A DNA stretch of 21,940 bases from Leptolyngbyaceae cyanobacterium. GTDB taxonomy: Bacteria; Cyanobacteriota; Cyanobacteriia; Phormidesmidales; Phormidesmidaceae. Location of the stretch: contig JBHJHA010000004.1 in assembly GCA_050331235.1 (NCBI GenBank), positions 1 to 21,940 on the forward strand, written 5' to 3'. This document shows positions 1 through 7,242 of the stretch, piece after piece (position 1 is the stretch's first letter; each line of letters begins with the position of its first letter). The notes under the pieces were generated by a model. It made no database searches, had not been told where the DNA came from, and was given only the letters and a program-made list of their open reading frames with translations. A program made the position numbers and the translations under genes.

Positions 1-138
1 AGCATTCCAGGCATCGGGCTCCCGTGAACTGCTTTGCTCATATTCTCTGCGGACTCATTGCTTATTGTCACCGACCCAAGAAGCCATCTCTGGATTTGGA
101 CAACAATTTGACGCCCAACGCTTAAACCGAGTTGACGT
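1..138 (+). mobile_element. IS982-family insertion sequence, right end with terminal inverted repeat (about 121-138)
   Basis: The transposase stop runs directly into ACCGAGTTGACGT. The reverse complement ACGTCAACTCGGTTTAAG begins with the 5'-AC typical of IS982 ends. Confidence 0.8.
3..125 (+). CDS. IS982-family transposase, 3' end (truncated by window start)
   Basis: The frame from 3 reads [40 protein letters not shown] (TAA 123-125). This matches the recalled IS982 C-terminal pattern HSRHRSxxN...L..GLIAY.H.PKKPSL. It is absent from the ORF track because it has no start in the window. Confidence 0.88.
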   Translation, partial: HSRHRAPVNCFAHILCGLIAYCHRPKKPSLDLDNNLTPNA

Positions 139-176
139 TAAAGTAGTGCTGAATTTCGACAGCAAGTCTTAACTAA

Positions 177-389
177 GTGACTCTTCCCACTTCAAATATC
201 GATCCCAACACGGTAAAAATGAAAATATTGTGTTTGCCGCCAAATGAATCAGGTGTTTTGAGGATGAATCAAGTACATCGGTTTGTTTCACATCATGACA
301 CTCTTTCCCTGGAGGCTATTCAAACAGAGGCCAAGGCGATCGCTGAGCTCCCTGACGCAAGTTTCGAGCCCTACTTGATGCGGTCCTGA
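177..389 (+). pseudogene. Short ORF next to the IS982 end; possible gene remnant or hypothetical protein
   Basis: 70-aa ORF with a protein-like 3' half containing a HIP1 site; no family recognised. Confidence 0.2.
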
Positions 390-406
390 TGGATGCGCAA
401 GCCCTT

Positions 407-1324
407 CTATGAAGGTGGGGCAAACACGACCTTAGGTAAAAGTCGAATTTCGTCCGTATCTGGCACGAACGCCCATTCCGTCATGCCTAAAAATGTTTCG
501 TTCGGGCCATAAACCTGGTAGCAAGTACAGCCCAGGTCAAATTCTTTGACTTGGTAAGGAATTTTTTGTCCCTGTTGCCAACGCCGGGCTAAATCAGCAG
601 GTAGCAAGATCCGAGGGTGATGCTGCAAGGCGATCGCGGGGGAAATGGGCTGGTACTCATCGGCTTGCAACTGCGACGCTAATTGCTCTAGCGTGCTGCT
701 GCTGTCGAGGGTAAAGCCACTACTTTTAGTACGCTCCAGGGCCGCGAGGGTCCCACCGATCCCGAGCCGGTGGCCCAAATCGCGCGCGATGGCGCGAATA
801 TAGGTCCCCGCACTACAGACAATATCTAACGTTAACTCTGGAAATTTGCCCGCTTGCCAATCAATCGGTTCAATCCGGTGAATCGTGACCGTGCGCGTGG
901 GCACTTCAAAAGTTTGACCTTGACGAGCTAAATCATAGAGTCGTTGGCCTTGGACTTGGATCGCACTATATCGAGGCGGGACTTGCTCTATCGTGCCGAC
1001 AAACTCGCTAAGTAGAGTGATCGCAGCGGCCTGAGTGAGATGCGATGCCTCGGTTGAATGGATGACGTCGCCTTCTAAATCGTCGGTGGTAGTCGTTTGG
1101 CCGAAGCGCACAACCGCTCGATAGGCTTTATCGGTGGGCAAAAACTGTAGCAGTCGAGTCGCTCTGCCAAGGGCGATCGGTAAAACCCCACAGGCCGCCG
1201 GGTCCAAGGTGCCTCCATGACCGACCTTTTTTTGATTGGTCAGCCGCCGAACCTTGGCCACGCAGTCGTGGGAAGTCCAGCCTAGGGGTTTGTACAGATT
1301 CAAAAAGCCAACAATCACGTTCAA
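407..1324 (-). CDS. truB: tRNA pseudouridine(55) synthase TruB
   Basis: Motifs GFLNLYKPLGWTSHD, KVGHGGTLDP (catalytic Asp), QVPPRYSAI and CSAGTYIRAIARDLG. The start may be GTG at 1318. Confidence 0.97.
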   Translation of the reverse strand: MNVIVGFLNLYKPLGWTSHDCVAKVRRLTNQKKVGHGGTLDPAACGVLPIALGRATRLLQFLPTDKAYRAVVRFGQTTTTDDLEGDVIHSTEASHLTQAAAITLLSEFVGTIEQVPPRYSAIQVQGQRLYDLARQGQTFEVPTRTVTIHRIEPIDWQAGKFPELTLDIVCSAGTYIRAIARDLGHRLGIGGTLAALERTKSSGFTLDSSSTLEQLASQLQADEYQPISPAIALQHHPRILLPADLARRWQQGQKIPYQVKEFDLGCTCYQVYGPNETFLGMTEWAFVPDTDEIRLLPKVVFAPPS

Positions 1325-1472
1325 ATGGCGATAGGTATCAAACAGGGCGCAAATATCGGTTGATCACCTACAGACAGCTTGAGACGATCAACGGCACTTC
1401 GATCGGTTGTAGGTAAAGGCAAGATTAAAGTGCCCAGCTATATTATGGCCTGCCTGATTAAACTCGGCGCCA

Positions 1473-2345
1473 TCAACCTTTAGCAGGGTCTTCTGCCGGT
1501 AGCGGGGCGAGATGCGACTCATGCTCTACTTCAAAGACATGGCCATATAAATTAGAGAGAATTTGCTTGCCTTCTTGGGTGAGTTTCAGATAAGCGATCG
1601 CATCTTTGATATAGGGAAATACCGATTTCCAGTAAAAGCGGGGATAGTTTAATCGTAAGTCTTCCGGGTGGCGATATCCGAGCTGTTGGTTGACCCCCGT
1701 TTCTTCAAACTCATAGAACAGAGCTGGGATCTTGTGTAGATAGCGGGGATCTGATAGCTGCCCAATCAAGTCCGCCGCTCGAACCAACCCCGGAAAATGA
1801 ATAGTGTCTTGATGGTCGGTATCTAACGGCACGGGAAATCGCGTCAGCTCAATATTGCGTTTGAGGATTTCTGCACTGATTAGGCTGTGCCCGCCAAATC
1901 GCTCTTGCACAAACAGTTTGCCGCGATCAACATGGTAGGGCGTCAAACTAGCATCCGTGTAGCCTTCCTGCAGCTTGACCGTTTGGTTTTCCTGCCCGGT
2001 GGCATATATCCTCAGGGGAATGATGTCTTCCCGGCAGACCCCTTTGACATAGCCGATGTCATGGCACACCAGCGATAGGGTAAAGTGCAGCCAGTCTTCG
2101 CAAGAGACCCGCCCCTCTCTGATGTGTTTGCCTCGCAAGATTTGTTGGCCCACCAAGGTTACAAAGATAGTGTGCTCAACATCGTGGTAAAGCGCGTTGC
2201 TATTGGCAATGGTCTCTACCCCCATATTGCCTACCCAAGCAATGATATCGGCGTAATCTTGCTTGAGACCGCCATAGGTCTGGGCGTAGTTAACCCGCAA
2301 TTCATCGACAAAGGCATTACAAAGAATTTTGTTGGGATTTAGCAT
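1473..2345 (-). CDS. HD-domain metal-dependent phosphohydrolase (Npun_R2479-like family)
   Basis: Motifs YHDVEH, CHDIGY (HD), YHVDRG and ADLIGQL. ATG 2345 (MLNPNKIL) is preferred over the upstream ATG at 2384. Confidence 0.88.
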   Translation of the reverse strand: MLNPNKILCNAFVDELRVNYAQTYGGLKQDYADIIAWVGNMGVETIANSNALYHDVEHTIFVTLVGQQILRGKHIREGRVSCEDWLHFTLSLVCHDIGYVKGVCREDIIPLRIYATGQENQTVKLQEGYTDASLTPYHVDRGKLFVQERFGGHSLISAEILKRNIELTRFPVPLDTDHQDTIHFPGLVRAADLIGQLSDPRYLHKIPALFYEFEETGVNQQLGYRHPEDLRLNYPRFYWKSVFPYIKDAIAYLKLTQEGKQILSNLYGHVFEVEHESHLAPLPAEDPAKG

Positions 2346-2789
2346 CAGGTGAGGACTGCGAATCAGAGCCAAACATGACCACATGACTGTTCTATCTCAT
2401 CTGGCCTGGGGTGAACAACTAAATTTAGACTCTTCATCATTGGCAATTATTTCTCGGATAAGAAGCTGCACCAAGCATTTACAGATTGAGACTTCAATGG
2501 GTCGTTGGTATAGCGGTTAGGTAGTTTAATGACAATATAAAAGTGCCAATACAAAAGAGAAACCAGAACACAGAAACATATGGAACTTACGCACTGAATG
2601 ACGTTTTAGACGACTGGAAGATCCCCCGATAGTGTTGGTCCATTTTGACTGCGTAAGGTCTGATCTAGAGCAGCTTACAGACGGCGACAAGAGAGCTGTC
2701 CCCAGAACCCGCATTTCGAACCTGCCACTAGCAGTCAGCAATAACTCCGCTGAAAGATTGCTGTATATCTGACTGTCAGTTCCCCTATA

Positions 2790-2944
2790 TACCAATTCTG
2801 CAAAATAGCGCTACAGCTCGAAAATCCCCCGCTGTCGCCGCCCCCTTGACAAGGGGACTAAGCCCACACTGTATGGACTGCCCACTGTTCAAGAGGGTTG
2901 GGGGATGAGTTTAATATATGTAACTTTGATTCAGAGAACTGGTA
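2790..2944. mobile_element. MITE-like element, copy 1 (155 bp)
   Basis: Imperfect TIRs TACCAATTCTGCAAAATAGCGCTACA and (rc) TACCAGTTCTCTGAATCAAAGTTACA, flanked by ATA/TTA. It has an internal CCCCTTG-A-CAAGGGG hairpin. The core TCCCCCGCTGTCGCCGCCCCCTT is shared with 18460-18570. Confidence 0.78.
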
Positions 2945-3055
2945 TTAGCTTCCTGGAAATGTGGACAAATTCGTCAGAGTCCTTTTCCACAAAGGTGGCG
3001 ATCGCAGGGGAGCTGACAGCCATAGCGCTATCTAGCAGCATTGCCTTAGCCTCCA

Positions 3056-3093
3056 AATTTGGAACGACTGTTCTAATTTGGAACGACTGTTCT
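3056..3093 (+). promoter_or_regulatory. Exact tandem 19-bp duplication forming two TetR (NemR-type) operator boxes
   Basis: AATTTGGAACGACTGTTCT x2. Each unit contains the near-palindrome TGGAAC-GACT-GTTCTA. It lies about 30 bp upstream of the TetR ATG and overlaps a candidate -10 TAATAT (3093-3098). Confidence 0.8.
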
Positions 3094-3125
3094 AATATAG
3101 AAGGCGTAGTTGCGGATACTTAAGC

Positions 3126-3707
3126 ATGGCTCGCGTTAAAGCGTTTGACCCAGAGTTGGCCCTGTCCAAAGCGATGGCTGTCTTTTGGGAAAAAGGCTAC
3201 GCCGCCACCTCGATACAGGATTTAGTCACGGCAATGGGCATCAATCGAGGTAGCCTCTACGATACTTTTCAGGATAAGCGACAGCTTTATCTCCGCGCGA
3301 TCGCTCACTATCACACCACCATCGTGCAGGCGGCTATTTTGCCGTTGCGGGTACCGGGAGCCTCGCGACCGGAGATTGAGCAACACTTTATGCGGTTAGT
3401 GGAGTCGTCCCCGGCTGATGTGTGTCGTCGAGGCTGCTTCTTGACCAACAGCTTGGTTGAGCTTGCCAGCCAAGATACCGAAGTTGCGACAGTGCTGAGA
3501 GCTGGCCTACAGCAAGTAGAGGATGCCTTTTTTTGCGCTTTGGTACGAGCTCAGGATAAAGGCGAGATCTCGACAGATAAAGAGATTCGATCGCTGGCAC
3601 ATTATTTGGTGACCAGTCTACAGGGGCTGAGAGTCCTCTCGCGAATTGACGCTGATCCCGCCCGATGCCTGCTGACCGTCAAGCTGATATTGTCCGTTCT
3701 CGATTGA
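3126..3707 (+). CDS. TetR/AcrR family transcriptional regulator (NemR/ComR-like)
   Basis: N-terminal MARVKAFD...FWEKGYAATSIQDLVTAMGINRGSLYDTF HTH; C-domain RGCFLTNS and LQGLRVL. Confidence 0.95.
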   Translation: MARVKAFDPELALSKAMAVFWEKGYAATSIQDLVTAMGINRGSLYDTFQDKRQLYLRAIAHYHTTIVQAAILPLRVPGASRPEIEQHFMRLVESSPADVCRRGCFLTNSLVELASQDTEVATVLRAGLQQVEDAFFCALVRAQDKGEISTDKEIRSLAHYLVTSLQGLRVLSRIDADPARCLLTVKLILSVLD

Positions 3708-3754
3708 GCGATTGCTGATCATGTCAATTCTCTCAGGAAACTCTCAGGCAATAT

Positions 3755-3770
3755 TTGACCAATCGTTCCA
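3755..3770. promoter_or_regulatory. Third TetR operator box, upstream of the peroxiredoxin-like gene
   Basis: TTGACCAATCGTTCCA (rc TGGAACGATTGGTCAA) matches TGGAACGACTGTTCTA at 13/16 and ends 33 bp before ATG 3804. Confidence 0.7.
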
Positions 3771-3803
3771 GAATGAAGATGGAAATTATGGAGACATTCC
3801 ACC

Positions 3804-4460
3804 ATGAGTTTGACCCAAGATTTGGCCCAGCTGGCCGCTCAAAATGCTGAGAAGCTACCGCAAGACGTTCAACAGGTAATGGCCCAGGCAGGGAACGATA
3901 TTGCTCAACTCGGACTCGAAGATAACAGCCTGAAAACAGGCGATCGCATTCCTCACTTCACCCTTAACAATGCGACAGGCGACTCTGTATCAACCACACA
4001 ACTGCTGAGCGAAGGACCGCTAGTGATCTCGTTTTACCGAGGCGGTTGGTGTCCCTATTGCAATATGGAGCTCCGCGCCCTGCAGCAATCCCTACCGGAG
4101 ATAGAAGCGCAAGGAGCCAAACTCATCGCCATCACCCCAGAAACTCCGGACAACTCACTCTCGACTAAGGAAAAAAACGAGCTGTCCTTTGAAGTTTTAA
4201 GTGATGTCGGCAATCAAGTGGCACGGCAGTTTGGCTTAGTTTTTTCCCTACCGACATATCTCCGGCCGATCTACGAGCAATTGGGCATTGATGTTGCAGC
4301 CCACAATGGAGACGACAAGTTTGAACTGCCAGTGCCGGCCACTTATGTAGTCAACAGCCAAGGCGAAATCGTGCATCATTTTGTCAACGTAGACTACAAA
4401 CGCCGCGAAGACCCTGAAAAGATCGTAGCTGCGCTAACAGAAATACCGGTGACGGCATAG
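3804..4460 (+). CDS. Peroxiredoxin-like (AhpC/TSA, thioredoxin-fold) protein
   Basis: FYRGGWCPYCN CxxC motif, LSDVGNQVARQFGL and LPVPATYVV; GGAGA RBS at 3790-3794. Confidence 0.93.
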   Translation: MSLTQDLAQLAAQNAEKLPQDVQQVMAQAGNDIAQLGLEDNSLKTGDRIPHFTLNNATGDSVSTTQLLSEGPLVISFYRGGWCPYCNMELRALQQSLPEIEAQGAKLIAITPETPDNSLSTKEKNELSFEVLSDVGNQVARQFGLVFSLPTYLRPIYEQLGIDVAAHNGDDKFELPVPATYVVNSQGEIVHHFVNVDYKRREDPEKIVAALTEIPVTA

Positions 4461-4472
4461 ACACTGGCCAGA

Positions 4473-4526
4473 GAATTGTCCTACTGCAATTTATTGTCCT
4501 ACCGGCGATTTGCAGTGGGGCAATTC
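4473..4526 (+). repeat. 17-bp inverted repeat / stem-loop between convergent genes
   Basis: GAATTGTCCTACTGCAA (4473-4489) pairs with TTGCAGTGGGGCAATTC (4510-4526). Both mismatches are G-U-compatible on the + strand. Confidence 0.6.
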
Positions 4527-4600
4527 CTCAAGGGGGAAGGATCGCGACCCATGGCGATCAACCATATTCATCAAGTGGCTGCGTGGGAATCTCAGGGCGG

Positions 4601-5080
4601 CTAGCCATGACACTGCTTATATTTTTTGCCACTGCCACACCAACAAGGCTCATTGCGCTGCGGTTCGATCGCTGGTAGCTGCTCCCCATCTAGGTAAAAC
4701 CAGCGCCCTTTTTGTTGTTTGAACTGCGATCGCTCATGAATTTGGCTGTAGCCCAAACTGGAATTTTGAAACCGGGCAACAAACTCCACCACGCCGGTAG
4801 GGTCAGCGGGCTGTCCCTGTTGCACATTCAAAATAGTGAGGCCCAGCCAGGTAGTGTTCTGCATACTTTGGCGGAGCGCCGAGCGATCGCTAAGAGCCCG
4901 TTTGGTGGGGTGATGGGTTGCCACCAGGTAGTCAATATTTTGCTGACAGTAGGCCGTGTAGCGCGATCGCATCAGCGCCTCTGCCGTTAGGGCCCTTGTT
5001 TGACCGGCTAAATAGGGGCCACAGCACCTCATCAAAGAGCGCTGCGAGCCGCAGGGACAAAGAGTAAGTGCAGGTAGCAT
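4601..5080 (-). CDS. ychJ: YchJ family protein with SEC-C-type metal-binding motifs
   Basis: N-terminal CPCGS...CC, AEALMRSRYTAY, WLGLTIL, ERSQF...WFYLDG and C-terminal RNEPCWCGSGKKYKQCHG. Confidence 0.93.
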   Translation of the reverse strand: MLPALTLCPCGSQRSLMRCCGPYLAGQTRALTAEALMRSRYTAYCQQNIDYLVATHHPTKRALSDRSALRQSMQNTTWLGLTILNVQQGQPADPTGVVEFVARFQNSSLGYSQIHERSQFKQQKGRWFYLDGEQLPAIEPQRNEPCWCGSGKKYKQCHG

Positions 5081-5141
5081 TAACAACGGTAGTTACAGCA
5101 TTAGAGTTGGGCCGGGTGCGATACCGCAGCGTCTCGTTTTT

Positions 5142-6827
5142 TTATCGAGCCGAGAGCGGAGTCGGGACGGTGCGCCAGAGCTCTTCTAACTTATTAGCAG
5201 TAATGGTCAGATAGAGGACATCTTGATGCCCGAGGATATGCGAAAGCAACTCAAAGCCGTGTAGGCGACTGCTAGGGGTTTGAATGTAGAGCGGTACGAG
5301 GTCAGACTCTTGAGCAATGTCAGAAACGCGCTTGCCAAAAAACGTGTGGCCGGGTGTAATCAGCGTTCCGAGGGCGACCCAGAGACTATTGCCGGTGATT
5401 CCGCTACCCAGCACTTGCCCGCCCAACGCCGCCGCCGCAAACGAGGCAGCGGCCAGTTCTGTCGGGCTCATCACCTGCTCAAACTCAAAAACCTGCTGCA
5501 CCTGGCGGGCAAAATCTGGATCTTGATTACGCACCACAATCGGCAGTTGATGGGCCAAGCTTTTAGCGGCTAGGGCAATTTCCAAATTGTCGGTATCATG
5601 GCTCGTGACTGCGAGCAAGGCCGCAGCTGTAGTAATTCGAGCATCGTTGAGGGTATCGGGTAGGCTGGCATCGGCTAGCAACACGGGAATCTTCATCGCC
5701 CGAGCACTTTTTACAAATCGCCCCTGGGGGTCACGCTCAATGGCAACCACGTCGTGGCCGCTGCGCTTGAGTTGTTTGGCAATCTGGAAACCGACACCGC
5801 CTAAACCGCACACGATGTAATGATGGCGCTGCGGAAGCTGTACTGCATTCCAAACTTGATGAAAATGGCTGCCCAACACAAGATCATTCAGCAGTGCATA
5901 AAAAACCCCAATCACGCCAGCCCCGACCAGCATCATGACCGCAGTGAAGATTTTGATGGCAACGGGGGCTTGTTCTGCAACTTCTTCGTGGCCACCCGCC
6001 CCGGTCAGCATCCCCACGGTGAAATACAACGCGTCGGGAATCGCCACATCAAAGTTCACGCTGATATAAATCAGCGTTGACGCGGCAATGAGCAAAAATA
6101 AAACGAAGGTAATCAGGAGCGCTGCCTGACTCTGACGTCGAAACTGGGTCAGGCCCGCAAACAAGCTTTTGAACCGCCGCCCGAGGGTGAGGCGGTTGAT
6201 CCGGCTAGGAGTGGGGCGAGTGGCGATAATCAAGCGATCGCCTGTCTTGAGCTGGTGATCATGCATCACCGCCGAAACCAAATCGACCTTTTGGGTTGCC
6301 GCACTGTAGTAAATCAGCATGCGATCGCGGTTGTCCCACAAATGCTTGAGGAATGCACCATTCCACGGATGGTTAGCGTCGATGTGCTCTTCAAACATCG
6401 GCCAATTGCGATCCATCAGGTCAATTTGGCCAATGGCGGTATTGCCCAGAGCCGCAAACGCAAAAATGGGTCCCGCCAGAGCTGAAACACTCATCGAGAC
6501 GTGGTAAGCCAGGGTTTGGTCTAATCGGCTCCCTAAACGAGCGTTGAGTAGCCGATTGATAATCCGAATGCGGGGATTGAGCACCCGTGCCTGGGTCAAA
6601 ATTGCCAAGTTGAGCGCATCATCGGAGCCCATCAACAGGAGCGCTGAGGCATCATGAATGCCCGCCTTGATCAGCACTTCTGGGGATCTCAAGTCACCCA
6701 CAATCACATTGTCTTCACCGATGGGATGATCACTAATGCCTACGACCTGCACGCCCTGACGCTGCAAGAGCGTAAAGACGCGATAACCCGTGTTTCCCAG
6801 CCCGCAGACAATGATTTTCGGCTTCAT
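5142..6827 (-). CDS. TrkA-N/RCK domain-containing potassium-channel-family protein
   Basis: Two Rossmann RCK-N motifs (IIVCGLGNTG and YIVCGLGGVG) flank two TM helices with a pore-helix-like segment ALYFTVGMLTGAGG. Confidence 0.88.
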   Translation of the reverse strand: MKPKIIVCGLGNTGYRVFTLLQRQGVQVVGISDHPIGEDNVIVGDLRSPEVLIKAGIHDASALLLMGSDDALNLAILTQARVLNPRIRIINRLLNARLGSRLDQTLAYHVSMSVSALAGPIFAFAALGNTAIGQIDLMDRNWPMFEEHIDANHPWNGAFLKHLWDNRDRMLIYYSAATQKVDLVSAVMHDHQLKTGDRLIIATRPTPSRINRLTLGRRFKSLFAGLTQFRRQSQAALLITFVLFLLIAASTLIYISVNFDVAIPDALYFTVGMLTGAGGHEEVAEQAPVAIKIFTAVMMLVGAGVIGVFYALLNDLVLGSHFHQVWNAVQLPQRHHYIVCGLGGVGFQIAKQLKRSGHDVVAIERDPQGRFVKSARAMKIPVLLADASLPDTLNDARITTAAALLAVTSHDTDNLEIALAAKSLAHQLPIVVRNQDPDFARQVQQVFEFEQVMSPTELAAASFAAAALGGQVLGSGITGNSLWVALGTLITPGHTFFGKRVSDIAQESDLVPLYIQTPSSRLHGFELLSHILGHQDVLYLTITANKLEELWRTVPTPLSAR

Positions 6828-6907
6828 TTAATTCTCAGAGAGCATGGTGGCCACCCAGACATGTCATTTCCCCCCTCTAATACTGTCTACGAGCCCCCCC
6901 GAGCTGT

Positions 6908-6923
6908 TGTAGTATGCGATACA
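6908..6923. promoter_or_regulatory. Putative NtcA binding site
   Basis: TGTA-GTATGCGA-TACA is an extended GTA-N8-TAC box. It is intergenic, 81 bp upstream of the channel start, and immediately upstream of a + strand TACTAT -10-like hexamer (6928-6933). Confidence 0.6.
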
Positions 6924-6957
6924 TCCTTACTATAAATCTGAGGAATCGGGGCAGCTA

Positions 6958-7242
6958 GTGACATCTAGCTACGTGCATCACACAATTTATACTCCAAAGT
7001 CAACACTGTCGTTTTCGTCTCGGCAGGTCCAAAGGAGTCGGGCTATTGCCACGGGTCGCCGCGATCGCCAACAGCATTTGCGACGGAAGCAGCGAGACCG
7101 CCTCAATCGAGCGGATTGCTCCCTACAGGCAAACTCAGAGTATTCGACACAGAAGCAAAGTCAACTATCTGTGAGCCGTTCAGTCGAGAAGAAAGCCCCC
7201 TCGGGTGAGGGCCATCACCGGGGCTCACCGCAGCTAGCGTAA
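6958..7242 (+). CDS. Hypothetical small Arg/Gln/Ser-rich basic protein
   Basis: 94-aa ORF filling the intergenic gap, downstream of an NtcA box, a -10-like hexamer and GAGGA (6940-6944). It contains a HIP1 site, and its stop overlaps the 3' end of the convergent HlyC/CorC gene. Confidence 0.35.
   Translation: MTSSYVHHTIYTPKSTLSFSSRQVQRSRAIATGRRDRQQHLRRKQRDRLNRADCSLQANSEYSTQKQSQLSVSRSVEKKAPSGEGHHRGSPQLA

Noticed and set aside
1359..1414. Interleaved 7-bp inverted repeats (GTTGATC/GATCAAC and ACCTACA/TGTAGGT) upstream of truB
   Set aside because: Short stems compatible with chance, and no known RNA motif is recognised.
2499..2570. tRNA-like 5' segment GGGTCGTTGGTATAGCGGTTAG
   Set aside because: No anticodon arm, no TTCRA T-loop and no acceptor-stem complement follow.
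3056..3096. Possible CRISPR repeat
   Set aside because: Only two directly abutting units, with no spacers and no cas genes. A duplicated TetR operator explains it better.
2526..3123. ORFs 2526-2795 (-) and 2905-3123 (+)
   Set aside because: Both begin inside the MITE, one runs through the operator duplication, and neither has recognisable motifs.
7005..7130. Glutamine (glnA-motif) riboswitch suggested by GACGGAAG downstream of an NtcA box
   Set aside because: The downstream GAAGGAACG-type segment and matching P1 pairing are absent.
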